Notes: generated by a model from the sequence alone, not told the origin. 49,671 nucleotides of DNA from Candidatus Curtissbacteria bacterium RIFOXYA1_FULL_41_14 (GCA_001775095.1 MFCA01000028.1:17746-67416), one strand, 5' to 3'; positions 9,027 to 18,503 are shown, numbered from the stretch's first letter. Program-made: numbers and translations.

Positions 9027-10949
9027 ATGGCTGATATCAGAAAACTTGAAAAGTTGGCCCGCCTAGTTCGCTGGTATATTTTGAAAATGACGACACGGGC
9101 AGGCTCCGGTCATCTGACCTCGTCGCTATCGGCAACCGATGTGATGGTGGCTTTATTTTTCAATAAAATTAGATTCGACCTCAAAAACCCGCAAAATCCC
9201 GCCAGCGACAGAGTTATTTTTTCCAAGGGTCATGTTTCGCCTTTGGTTTACGCGCTATACGCTGCTGCAGGGGTTATAAGTGAAAAAGATCTTGAGGGCT
9301 ATCGAAAGTTTAAAAACCCTTTAGAGGGACATCCAAGGCCAAGTTTTAAATATATAGAGGTGGCAACGGGTTCTTTGGGTCAGGGTTTATCAGTCGGTCT
9401 AGGGATGGCCCTCGCCTTAAGGCAAGAATTTCCAAATTCCAAACTCCACATTCCAAAAGTCTATGTTCTTATGGGCGATTCGGAGACCAGCGAAGGATCT
9501 GTTTGGGAGGCTGTAGAGTTGGCACCTTATTATAAATTAGGTAATTTGGTAGGCATTATTGATGTTAATAGGCTTGGGCAGAGCGGCCAGACGATGCTTG
9601 GCTGGAATGTACAAGAATATAGACAGAGAGTTGAGGCTTTTGGGTGGCAGGCAAAAATTATTGACGGTCATGATTTAAAAGAGATAATTAAGGTTCTTAA
9701 TTCGCTGCCCGATGGCGGAGATAAACCACAGATGATTATTGCCAAAACCATTAAAGGTAAAGGCGTTTCGTTTCTCGAAAACAAAGAAGGCTGGCATGGT
9801 AAGGCCTTGTCAGATGAACAGTTTGAAGATGCCCTGGGGGAATTGGGCAGGATTGATAAAGAGGTCAGGGGGGAAATCGCAAAGCCAATTTCATTTCCAA
9901 CTTCAAAAGCTAGAAAGAAACCAACCGGTAATCAGTTACCAGTTACTAGTTACCAGCTCGGTGATTTGGTAGCTACTAGGAAGGCCTACGGCGAGGCGAT
10001 AACGGCTCTTGGTGCCACTGATCCTAGAATTGTTTGTCTTGATGCTGAGGTTAAAAATTCGACCTATGCTGAAATTTTTATGGAAAAATTCCCGGAGAGA
10101 TTTTTTGAGATGTTTATTGCCGAACAAAATATGGTCGGTGCAGCCTTGGGTTTTTCCAAACGAGGAATGATTCCGTTTGTTTCAACTTTTGCAGCTTTTT
10201 TGACAAGAGCTTTGGATCAAATAAGGATGGCGAGTTACAGTAATGCAGATGTTAAATTTGTCGGTAGTCATGCCGGTGTATCAATCGGTGAAGATGGGCC
10301 ATCACAAATGGGACTTGAAGATATAAGTATGTTCAGATCGATTTTTGGAAGTTACGTACTTTGCCCAGGCGACGCAGTATCTTGCAGGGAGCTTGTTGAG
10401 GTTGCAGCTAATACAAAAGGTCTTTTTTACATTCGGACTGCAAGACCAGCAACACCAGTCATTTATGCCAGAGGTGAAAAGTTTAAAATAGGCGGCAGTA
10501 AAGTTATCAGATCAAGTAAAGCCGACAAGCTGACAATTGTTGCCTGCGGTATAGCCTTAATCGAATCGATTAAGGCTGCTGATGAACTAGCAAAACTTGG
10601 CATCAAGGTGCGTCTGGTTGATGCTTATTCTGTCAAGCCTATTGATGAAGCGGGAATTAAAAAAGCCGCCAGAGAGACAAACAATTTACTTATTACAGTT
10701 GAAGATCATTATGCGCAGGGTGGTTTGGGTGATGCGGTTTTAAATGTTTTTGCAAATTCCTCACAGTCTCACTCCCGGAGTGCGCAAAGTTCGACCCATG
10801 CTCACTCCGGGAGTGTTGCTAGGGGTGTGAGGATCTATAAATTGGCAGTTTCTAAAATGCCGATGTCCGGCAAGAGTGAAGAGCTTTTGGATTATGAGCA
10901 GATTTCTCAAAAAGCCATTGTAAAAAAAGTATTGGAGATTTGTAAATAA
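9027..10949 (+). CDS. tkt: transketolase
   Basis: SGH.TSSLS, SKGH, TGSLGQG, GDSE..EG, IAEQNM, GEDGPSQ. Confidence 0.95.
   Translation: MADIRKLEKLARLVRWYILKMTTRAGSGHLTSSLSATDVMVALFFNKIRFDLKNPQNPASDRVIFSKGHVSPLVYALYAAAGVISEKDLEGYRKFKNPLEGHPRPSFKYIEVATGSLGQGLSVGLGMALALRQEFPNSKLHIPKVYVLMGDSETSEGSVWEAVELAPYYKLGNLVGIIDVNRLGQSGQTMLGWNVQEYRQRVEAFGWQAKIIDGHDLKEIIKVLNSLPDGGDKPQMIIAKTIKGKGVSFLENKEGWHGKALSDEQFEDALGELGRIDKEVRGEIAKPISFPTSKARKKPTGNQLPVTSYQLGDLVATRKAYGEAITALGATDPRIVCLDAEVKNSTYAEIFMEKFPERFFEMFIAEQNMVGAALGFSKRGMIPFVSTFAAFLTRALDQIRMASYSNADVKFVGSHAGVSIGEDGPSQMGLEDISMFRSIFGSYVLCPGDAVSCRELVEVAANTKGLFYIRTARPATPVIYARGEKFKIGGSKVIRSSKADKLTIVACGIALIESIKAADELAKLGIKVRLVDAYSVKPIDEAGIKKAARETNNLLITVEDHYAQGGLGDAVLNVFANSSQSHSRSAQSSTHAHSGSVARGVRIYKLAVSKMPMSGKSEELLDYEQISQKAIVKKVLEICK
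10770..10815 (+). repeat. palindromic element A (CACTCCCGGAGTG...CACTCCGGGAGTG), in frame in tkt
   Basis: 13-nt inverted arms, 20-nt spacer; encodes HSRS...HSGS. Confidence 0.9.
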
Positions 10950-11018
10950 ATTTTTCTCAAAGAAAATAATTGGTGATGAACTTACACCTCAAATAAAATT
11001 ATTGCCTGTTAATAAGTC

Positions 11019-11486
11019 TTAGGTCATTTGCGGTATACTACCTGCTCTTATCAAATTTTGCCTCTCGGTTTCAACACTGCTGCTTTCTATCTTCATGCCT
11101 TCTCTTGCAGACAGAGCAATTCCCTCGACTAAGCTTCTAATTTTAAAAACATCCTTTCTGTGAAGGTTGTTAACCATTATTTGGGGGCCACCTGTTAAAC
11201 TTTGGATCTCAATATGTCCAAAAAATGGCCCGCTTGAAGCATTAACGCAGGCGATATCACTAGCCATTATTGAAATGACCTCATTTGACCAAAATCCTTT
11301 TTTTCTGAACCAGACAATCCGACGTTCCTCAACGATCAATTCGTCAGGAAAAAGTGTCAGCGGAAAGATCTGGCGAGCCCAGGCAAGCATACGCGATTGT
11401 TCCTTATGGGTATGTTCGACAACAGTCTTGCCGGGTCCTGATACAAAATCAAGGCGCCAAATGTCGCTTAGTGCTGGGTATCTCAT
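11019..11486 (-). CDS. bacterial PH-like domain protein
   Basis: FPLTLFPDELIV...GPFFG; ATG 11486 preceded by GGAGGTGA. Confidence 0.7.
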   Translation of the reverse strand: MRYPALSDIWRLDFVSGPGKTVVEHTHKEQSRMLAWARQIFPLTLFPDELIVEERRIVWFRKKGFWSNEVISIMASDIACVNASSGPFFGHIEIQSLTGGPQIMVNNLHRKDVFKIRSLVEGIALSAREGMKIESSSVETERQNLIRAGSIPQMT

Positions 11487-12024
11487 GTTCACCTCCCCTC
11501 TGGCCAAAAGCCCTTTGGGTCACTGCTCCGGAGGCTTCCTCCGAGCCAGAGGCCAGTAATTTCGAAGTGAGGACCGCTCTGCTTCGAGGATCGGGTCTTA
11601 GGCCTTTCCAATCGTCAAGATAGGCCATTAATTTTTCCAGGGTAGGGAAGAAACTTGCGATTTCTTCTTCCGAAAGTCTGCTCCTGAGGTCTTTTTCTAA
11701 CTGATTAATTCTCTTTTTAATTAGCCTTACTTTTCTTTTTCCGTCGTCAGTTAGCACAATATTGTATTTTCGGCGATCGCCGTCAGGAGACTGCCTTTTG
11801 ACAAGATTGAGTTTTTCAAGCTTGTCGATAAGAGTTACTACAGAGGCGGGTTCAAGATGAAGTTTAGCTGCGAGTTCACGCTGATTGATGTTTTTTTGTG
11901 AATCCGTGATTAATATAGCTGAGGCCTCGGAATAGGAAAGTGAAAGCGGCGGTGACTTAAACCCGATAACTTTCTGGGTCTTTCTAGCGAATCCTATAAG
12001 GTGAAAGATAATAGTATGTTTCAT
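11449..12024 (-). CDS. MarR family regulator with repeat-derived C-terminal extension
   Basis: QRELAAKLHLEPASV..LIDKLEK..LV.R...DRR...LT..G; likely start 12024. Confidence 0.88.
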   Translation of the reverse strand: MKHTIIFHLIGFARKTQKVIGFKSPPLSLSYSEASAILITDSQKNINQRELAAKLHLEPASVVTLIDKLEKLNLVKRQSPDGDRRKYNIVLTDDGKRKVRLIKKRINQLEKDLRSRLSEEEIASFFPTLEKLMAYLDDWKGLRPDPRSRAVLTSKLLASGSEEASGAVTQRAFGQRGGEHEIPSTKRHLAP

Positions 12025-12043
12025 ACAAACGCTACCCCATTCT

Positions 12044-12072
12044 GTTAGAAATCTAACTGTTAGAATTCTAAC
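12044..12072. promoter_or_regulatory. tandem palindromic operator, probable MarR autoregulatory site
   Basis: GTTAGAAATCTAAC and GTTAGAATTCTAAC 20 nt upstream of marR ATG. Confidence 0.7.
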
Positions 12073-12208
12073 ATAGATCAGACAGAGCCTTAAAGTATAT
12101 CGCATGAAAATAACAATGTCAAGATGCCTTTTTATGTCTATTACGGGCAAGCGAAAACCATGGCTTGAAAGAATGTGAATGAAGTTTGAACCGCGAGGTG
12201 AAGGAAGA

Positions 12209-12241
12209 AAATACCAAGGCCTTTAGGCCTTGGGTAGTTTA
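12209..12241 (+). mobile_element. IS200/IS605-family end-like hairpin remnant
   Basis: CCAAGGCCTTTAGGCCTTGG followed by GTAGTTTA. Confidence 0.45.
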
Positions 12242-12574
12242 TTATTTTTCGATGAGGCGGTTGTAGACCGTTGCTATTAAATAACCGAAAATCCAAGTAC
12301 TTACACAGACAGCAATCAAGATTCCCAGGAAATTAACGAAGCTAAATTTTGGTACCTGAGAAGCGATGTCGACTCCAAAAAATTGGCTGTTTAATAGGAG
12401 CTTAAAGAATGGAGGGGCAATGATCTTGAGTAGATAGAGAACAATATAAATAAAAGCAGTGACAAGTGCAAAACTATTGGCCAGAGCTTGGGCTTTTAAC
12501 ATTTCTATCTTTGCTATTATAGCATTGGGGTTGGTGTCGAAAAGTATTGAGTATAAAAGGATCACTATTGACAT
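12242..12574 (-). CDS. small membrane protein
   Basis: Hydrophobic ORF ending GYLIATVYNRL; start may be internal ATG. Confidence 0.65.
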   Translation of the reverse strand: MSIVILLYSILFDTNPNAIIAKIEMLKAQALANSFALVTAFIYIVLYLLKIIAPPFFKLLLNSQFFGVDIASQVPKFSFVNFLGILIAVCVSTWIFGYLIATVYNRLIEK

Positions 12575-12660
12575 ATATTTTGAGGTTTGCCCATAATGAA
12601 TAAGATCCTAATTCTTTTAGGTCTAAAGCCCTTTCAGTTTGAGTACTGGCCAGTATTACT

Positions 12661-12697
12661 AAAGACCCCGTACATTGCTAACATGGGGTCTTTTTTT
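12661..12697 (+). terminator. terminator-like hairpin
   Basis: AAAGACCCCG/TGGGGTCTTT stem plus T run. Confidence 0.55.
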
Positions 12698-12873
12698 CTT
12701 TTCTAAGGGAACACCAAAGGTTTCCCCTTAGTATTCCTCTTCCTTTAAGTGGATAAAATTGGCCTGGCAAAGCCAGATCCAATTTTGATTTAGTATTAAG
12801 CTTACAATATACAGTCAGATGTCCAATTTCGAATTGGAAATTGGAAATTCACTGTAGTACAATTCAGGGTCAA

Positions 12874-13401
12874 ATGGCGGATAAGATTGTTCCTGAGGTA
12901 TTTAATAGTCCGACTTATGGTCAGTTGTCATGGCAGCAAGCACTTTTGAAAATGATCGCCTTTATGGGAGTTGATACTAAAGCTTCCTACGAGATGATTA
13001 TCGGAACTGATTCTGAGGCTGTCAATGGTATGGCCGATTTTGTTTCAGCTGTAATTGTTCACAAAAAGGGCAGAGGCGGAATCTATTTCTGGGCAAGGCA
13101 AAAAATAGATAATCTTCACTCAATGAGACAGAGGATTTGGCAGGAGGCGATTATTTCCTTGGCTGTGGCGGAGAAATTAGTTGGTGACTTAGTCCAGTTT
13201 GGTCTAGTTGATGGTCGCTCTAAGTCTGTGCTTGGGGATCCTGAGCGATTTAATCTGGAGATTCATGTTGATATCGGACCCAATGGGGAAACGCGTGCGA
13301 TGATTTCGGAAATTGTCGGAATGATTAGAGCCAATGGCTTCAAAGTTGCCACTAAACCAGCTTCCTGGGGCGCAAGCCACGTCGCAGATCGACATGTATA
13401 A
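12874..13401 (+). CDS. RNase H-like YkuK (DUF458) family protein
   Basis: IGTDSE, LEIHVDIG.NG.T, KP.SWGASHVADRH. Confidence 0.88.
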   Translation: MADKIVPEVFNSPTYGQLSWQQALLKMIAFMGVDTKASYEMIIGTDSEAVNGMADFVSAVIVHKKGRGGIYFWARQKIDNLHSMRQRIWQEAIISLAVAEKLVGDLVQFGLVDGRSKSVLGDPERFNLEIHVDIGPNGETRAMISEIVGMIRANGFKVATKPASWGASHVADRHV

Positions 13402-13509
13402 TGTCGATCGAAGACCATGAGTTATATCGAATGGTCGCTGACAGGCATGTGTAACATGACTGGCAGCGGCCCTGAGTACAATCGAAGGGTTGCGGATCGA
13501 CACGTCTAA
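13381..13509 (+). repeat. three recoded copies of the VADRHV-stop tail separated by inverted copies and 18-nt B hairpins
   Basis: Tails at 13381, 13434, 13489; hairpins at 13416-13433 and 13471-13488. Confidence 0.88.
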
Positions 13510-13557
13510 ACTAGGGTTTTTCTCTCAGAATAATATAAAATGAATTAGAGGATTATT

Positions 13558-14115
13558 ATGAATAGTCCCAAACATTTTGCGATTACGGATGACGTCCATC
13601 AACGGACAATTATTCTCGCCCGTTTAAGACTGCCATGGCTAATTGTGGGTCTGACAGGGGGCTTGGCTGCATCTTTTTTGGTGTCTAAGTTTGAAGATGT
13701 GCTGGCTGCAAACCTGTATCTTGTCTTTTTTATACCAGTAATTGTCTATTTAAGCGATGCGGTGGGAACTCAGACAGAAGTTATTTATGTAAGGAATTTG
13801 TCCACTTTTAAGGATAATTTCGCAAAATATTTAGCTAAAGAAATATTAGTAGGGGGCTTTTTGGGGGCTGTTTTGGGCGTATTGTTAGGTTTGGCAGCTT
13901 TTGCGTGGCTAAGGTCTGTTGAGACCGCCATAACAGTAGGTTTTGCAATGTTTTTAAATACTACCATTGCACCTGTGATTGCCGTAGTTATTCCAGAGAT
14001 TTTATCTAAAGAAAATATCGACCCGGCTTTAGGCGGAGGTCCATTTACTACAGTAATACAAGATTTTGTCAGCTTGTTAATTTATTTCCTTGTTGCCACC
14101 GCGATAATTTTGTAA
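13558..14115 (+). CDS. MgtE-type Mg2+ transporter, membrane domain only
   Basis: RLPWL, FIPVI, IDPALGGGPFTTVIQD. Confidence 0.88.
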   Translation: MNSPKHFAITDDVHQRTIILARLRLPWLIVGLTGGLAASFLVSKFEDVLAANLYLVFFIPVIVYLSDAVGTQTEVIYVRNLSTFKDNFAKYLAKEILVGGFLGAVLGVLLGLAAFAWLRSVETAITVGFAMFLNTTIAPVIAVVIPEILSKENIDPALGGGPFTTVIQDFVSLLIYFLVATAIIL

Positions 14116-14132
14116 CTGAAAAAAACACTAAA

Positions 14133-14879
14133 TTACGCTTGGTTTGGGTACTGTCTGCTGATATCTGTTGTGGGATCTCCAATTACTTTAAAAATAGAGC
14201 TAACCGAAACAACGGTGGAAAGATCTCTTATAGTGGCAATTGCTGATTGAAAATTGCTTTCCGGGCTGGAATCAAGTAAGAAGGCGATTTCAGCAAGACC
14301 TCCTTTGGCTTCTGGTTGTATCAATGAGCAGATGTTTAAATTGGAGTTTGCCAGTGTTTGGCATAAACTAGCCAATACTAATGGTTTATCCTTGACTCTC
14401 ACTCGGAAATAATGGCTTGTTTGAATATCATGATCAAGATCAGGAATTGGGGATACACCTTGTTTTTCGCTGTCTTTTAATGTTGATATGTAGACTAGAT
14501 TTTTACTTTCTGCCTGAGCCGACGGATGATTTTTTCTAATAAGAGTTGGTCCGATCCAAGCCACTAGCCCATTATTCCCAGTTCTGGCAATGGCAATGCG
14601 TTTTACAGCGTAACCAATAGGGTCAAATTGGCTGGCAAAGAAATGATCACGTTCTGTAATTCGTGCTTGATTAAGATCAATTTGATCTGGTTTTAGATTT
14701 ATTCCAAAAGCTGCATTTAGAATTGAGCAAAAGATTTTACGGGAATGACCCCTTCCTACTGGAATTTGGATTCCACCTGCAAGTTCAGGGGGAATAGTGT
14801 TTCTCAAAAGATCAACAATAGGGATAATTTTTTCGTTTGCGACGAGAGCGTCTGCTCTATAACGTTCGGATAAACCCAT
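14133..14879 (-). CDS. degenerate homoserine dehydrogenase C-terminal domain plus ACT domain
   Basis: ILNAAFG, GYAVKRIAIA, PTLIRKNHP, YFRVRVKDKPLVLA; no Rossmann domain. Confidence 0.65.
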   Translation of the reverse strand: MGLSERYRADALVANEKIIPIVDLLRNTIPPELAGGIQIPVGRGHSRKIFCSILNAAFGINLKPDQIDLNQARITERDHFFASQFDPIGYAVKRIAIARTGNNGLVAWIGPTLIRKNHPSAQAESKNLVYISTLKDSEKQGVSPIPDLDHDIQTSHYFRVRVKDKPLVLASLCQTLANSNLNICSLIQPEAKGGLAEIAFLLDSSPESNFQSAIATIRDLSTVVSVSSIFKVIGDPTTDISRQYPNQA

Positions 14880-14956
14880 AGTGAAGAGGTATTATAGGCA
14901 AAACAAAAGCCCACGTCAAACGCGATGGGCTTCTGTTTTTTTTACTTTTGAATTGG

Positions 14957-15559
14957 CTATTTTTTCTTTCTGCGTTTTCTCTTTGTTGTTGACTTTCGAC
15001 TTTGCGCTTTCGACTTTGACTCTGGCTTAACTGGTCCTTCTTCCTCTTCCTTCGTATACCACCAGGCGGCAATAATTACTAAAGCAACGACTACTAAGAT
15101 GACCAGGGCCGTATTTTTATCAAAACTGGATGCGGAAACCGGTGACGGCGAACCGACTGGTTCATTTTTAAAATTAACACTCACCACGACCGGGGGATTA
15201 AGTGAGCTGTGATCATTGTTGACAAGTTCGGCTCTTAAATTATGATCCCCATAGGAAACATCACTGAAAGTAAAATCATCCTTTATTAATTTAACAGCCG
15301 ACTCGCGCGTAGGACTGGCCTCATCAAGCCAGAGATGGATATGTCCTTGACCTACCCGCGGTAATTGATTTGTTTGATAATCGGTCAGCTGGAAATTTTC
15401 GATGGAAAAAAGAATGGGCACCCTGTTCTCATATAAAGTCTGGCCTTCAGTAGGCGTTATTACTTTTAATAAGGGGGTAGAGCTTTGAGCAAAAACCGAA
15501 GTGGCTAAAAGGACAGAAAATGCAAAAGCTCCAAAAAAATACTTCGCAATTTCACGCAT
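14957..15559 (-). CDS. exported protein with C-terminal TM anchor
   Basis: Signal peptide VFA-Q, GHIHLWLD, H.LRAELVNNDH, TM plus basic tail. Confidence 0.75.
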   Translation of the reverse strand: MREIAKYFFGAFAFSVLLATSVFAQSSTPLLKVITPTEGQTLYENRVPILFSIENFQLTDYQTNQLPRVGQGHIHLWLDEASPTRESAVKLIKDDFTFSDVSYGDHNLRAELVNNDHSSLNPPVVVSVNFKNEPVGSPSPVSASSFDKNTALVILVVVALVIIAAWWYTKEEEEGPVKPESKSKAQSRKSTTKRKRRKKK

Positions 15560-15866
15560 GATAATGACGAGAGTCATTCTATGACAGACCCCTCAAAAGG
15601 TGTCAATAGTGATCTATTTTTACCCGAATAAGACCAAAATCAGGGTAAAAAATTAGCTCGACATTATTTTTTTCGGTAATTTTTCGTGTTCGGTAAAAAT
15701 TCGGTATGTGAAATTTTTAGATAATTTTAAATTTATATTGAATTTTAAATTATTTAATTTTCAAAAATTCGAACATTTAGATTTCATTTAAAATTTTAAA
15801 TTTTAAATTGAAAATTTATCGTTGTCTTTTAGATGTTAAGATCAGCTGTTATAATCTGATTTACCT

Positions 15867-16820
15867 ATGGTAGATAAAATTCGTAACATCATTATCATCG
15901 GTTCCGGCCCGGCAGGACTAACTGCTGCTCTTTATAATGCGCGGGCGAATTTAAATCCTCTGGTTATAGCCGGAGTTAAATGGGGTGGTCAGTTGATGTT
16001 GACTACAAATGTTGAAAACTATCCGGGTTTCCCTCAAGGCATTTTAGGTCCGGATTTGATGCAAAAATTTAGAGATCAGGCCGGGAGATTTGGAGCTGAA
16101 ATTCTCAATGTTGATGTTGTCTCCGTTAATTTTAAATCACGTCCATTTAAAATCGTAGCGGACAGTAAAAGCTATTCAACAAAATCAGTCATCGTGGCTG
16201 CTGGAGCGGAAACCAATTGGCTAAATTTGCCAAATGAGCAAAGACTTATCGGTAAGGGTGTTTCTTCATGCGCACCTTGTGATGCCTTTTTCTTTAAAGA
16301 TAAAAAAGTGATTATTGTCGGCGGCGGGGACAGTGCGATGGAGGAGGCATTGACTTTAACTAAATTTGCAACAAGTGTGGCAATAGTCCACAGACGAGAT
16401 GAATTTAGGGCTTCCAAGATTATGCTTGGACGGGCCAGAGCCAATAAGAAGATATCCTTTATTATTAATAGCCAAGTTGTCGATGTTTTAGGAAGGGATA
16501 AAGTGGAAGGGGTTAAGATTAAAAACGTTAAAGATGGAAAAGTTAAGGAATTACCCATCGATGGTATGTTTTTAGCGATTGGGCAAAGTCCACTGACTAA
16601 TATTTTTAAGGGGCAGATCGGGCTTGATGAGAGAGGTTATGTTAAACGCGTACCACAAGGCGACGGTCCCGGGAAATTTCAAATGACAACTTCAGTTGAA
16701 GGAGTTTTTGTAGCCGGCGATGTCCATGATTACCACTACCGTCAGGCAGTAACGGCGGCAGGTTACGGCTGTTCCGCCGCACTTGAAGCTGAAAAGTGGC
16801 TTGAGGCGCAGAGTGATTAA
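15867..16820 (+). CDS. trxB: thioredoxin-disulfide reductase
   Basis: GSGPAG, CAPCD, GGGDSA, YRQAVTAAG. Confidence 0.96.
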   Translation: MVDKIRNIIIIGSGPAGLTAALYNARANLNPLVIAGVKWGGQLMLTTNVENYPGFPQGILGPDLMQKFRDQAGRFGAEILNVDVVSVNFKSRPFKIVADSKSYSTKSVIVAAGAETNWLNLPNEQRLIGKGVSSCAPCDAFFFKDKKVIIVGGGDSAMEEALTLTKFATSVAIVHRRDEFRASKIMLGRARANKKISFIINSQVVDVLGRDKVEGVKIKNVKDGKVKELPIDGMFLAIGQSPLTNIFKGQIGLDERGYVKRVPQGDGPGKFQMTTSVEGVFVAGDVHDYHYRQAVTAAGYGCSAALEAEKWLEAQSD

Positions 16821-17463
16821 AGCAGCACTGATTGATCTTGACGGTTTCCTGGTAAACTCCGAAGAACTTTATTTAGAGGCTAATCAAATTTATTTCAAAA
16901 AGTTTAATTTTAACTTTACAGAGGATTTACATCGTCAGAGAACGGGTCAGAAGTTTGCCGAGTGGATCAAAACCGTGGTTTCTATCGATAAAACCGGCGA
17001 GGAGATTTTAAAAGAAAGAGATATTATCCTTTTCAATTTGGTCAGAAAGAAGCTTAAATTGTTGCCTGGCGCAAAGGCTTTTCTCGATAAAATTCATAAA
17101 ATTCTTAAAACAGCACTCGTTACTTCTAGCAAACAGGATTATGTAAATTTGGTTTTCCAGATCACAAACATTAAGAAATATTTTGATGTTGTCGTGACAG
17201 GCGAGATAGTGAAACATGGTAAGCCAGATCCTGAGTGTTATTTATATGCTGCGAAGCTGTTAGGAATTTCGTCCTCGGAGTGCGTTGTTTTTGAAGATGC
17301 GCCAAGTGGAGTGTTGGCTGGTAAAAATGCCTCAATGAAAGTGATCGCCGTTCCAAGTCAATTTGTAAAGGGTGATGTTGTTTTTTTTGAAGCTGATTTA
17401 GTTTTGAATAGTTTGATTGGGGCCGCGCTTGAGGCTGAAAAGTGGCTCGAGGCGCAAGATTGA
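16813..17463 (+). CDS. HAD-family phosphatase (beta-PGM-like)
   Basis: DLDGFL, VTS, GKPDP, FEDAPSG; GTG start overlapping trxB end. Confidence 0.9.
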   Translation: MIKAALIDLDGFLVNSEELYLEANQIYFKKFNFNFTEDLHRQRTGQKFAEWIKTVVSIDKTGEEILKERDIILFNLVRKKLKLLPGAKAFLDKIHKILKTALVTSSKQDYVNLVFQITNIKKYFDVVVTGEIVKHGKPDPECYLYAAKLLGISSSECVVFEDAPSGVLAGKNASMKVIAVPSQFVKGDVVFFEADLVLNSLIGAALEAEKWLEAQD

Positions 17464-17490
17464 CAGAGGCACAATTTTTTAGTAAGATTT

Positions 17491-17784
17491 GTGCCTATTA
17501 GGAGGGCCTTCATGGCACCTTTTTTTCTGGAAGGTACTCAATTAGAAATAGGATCTACAAGAGTAATTGGGAAAGGTAGTAAACGGGCATTAGTTGAAGT
17601 ACGTGATAAGACTACCTTATCACTCCGTTTGACTAATGGTCATCCAGTCTACGCAGGCGAAGCAACCACCGATGGATTAGATTTTGCAGGACACGTACAT
17701 ACGATTAGACATGATACAGAGTTGACTCGACAATCTGTATCTACCCTTGCCAAGAAACCTCAAATAATCTGGAAAGAAAGATAA
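17491..17784 (+). CDS. hypothetical protein
   Basis: 97 aa ORF downstream of TTGACA promoter-like site. Confidence 0.5.
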   Translation: MPIRRAFMAPFFLEGTQLEIGSTRVIGKGSKRALVEVRDKTTLSLRLTNGHPVYAGEATTDGLDFAGHVHTIRHDTELTRQSVSTLAKKPQIIWKER

Positions 17785-17939
17785 TTCATTGCCATTGACT
17801 TTGGCTTCCAATTCCTTTAAACTGCCACTAAATAAGTAGTAGTTTCACTGCTATGCTTAACGCCAAACGCTAAAAGCTTAAAGCCAAACAGTCAATAAAT
17901 GCGTTAAGCGTTAGTCGTTTAGCGTTTAGCGATTTAAAA

Positions 17940-18482
17940 ATGTTTCGTCTTTCCCAAAAAGCAGATTACGGATTGATTTTACTGTCGTCACTGGCCAAGC
18001 TTCACTCCGTAGCCGGACTTCACTCCCGGAGTGAAGTCAAGGCGATATCTGGAGGACACTCCGGGAGTGTCACCGACAGTTCTGAGATTCACCCCCGGGG
18101 TGAAGTCAAGGCGATGTCAGGTTTACACCCCGGGGGTGTGAACCAAGCAGGCTATGTTTCCATTTCCTCGGTTGCCGCTAGACATAAACTCTCCCCCAAA
18201 TTTCTTTCTCAAATAGCCCGCGAACTCAAAGAGGCTGGGATCTTAAAATCCAAGGAGGGGGTCAGCGGAGGTTATAACTTAGCCAAGAAACCCAGGGAGA
18301 TTAAGATTATCGATGTTTTAAATGTTTTAGAAGGCAAGTTTTTCGAAGGTCGGTGTTTTGAGGAAGAGGGTAAATGTATTTGTGGAGCAGGTATTATATG
18401 GAAGGATATGAAAAATCAGGTTGAAGCGGTGCTAGGCGGAAAATCGGTTGCGGATCTGGTAAAATCTAAGCCTAATTCCTAA
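17940..18482 (+). CDS. Rrf2 family regulator (IscR-like) with in-frame repeat insertion
   Basis: LSQKADYG, FLSQI...LK.AG...S.EG..GGY.LAK, three Cys; upstream of iscS. Confidence 0.9.
   Translation: MFRLSQKADYGLILLSSLAKLHSVAGLHSRSEVKAISGGHSGSVTDSSEIHPRGEVKAMSGLHPGGVNQAGYVSISSVAARHKLSPKFLSQIARELKEAGILKSKEGVSGGYNLAKKPREIKIIDVLNVLEGKFFEGRCFEEEGKCICGAGIIWKDMKNQVEAVLGGKSVADLVKSKPNS
18021..18138 (+). repeat. two tandem palindromic A elements in frame in rrf2
   Basis: Arms at 18021, 18057, 18090, 18126; 69-nt period. Confidence 0.9.
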
Positions 18483-18503
18483 TTGAAGCAGTAAATTGAA
18501 GTA

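Noticed and set aside
12575-12700. c-di-GMP-I riboswitch
   Set aside because: GGCAAAC and GGTCTAA-like pieces are on opposite strands
13381-13509. Mini CRISPR array
   Set aside because: Repeats are degenerate codon variants of the gene end, the spacers share a motif, and no cas genes are present
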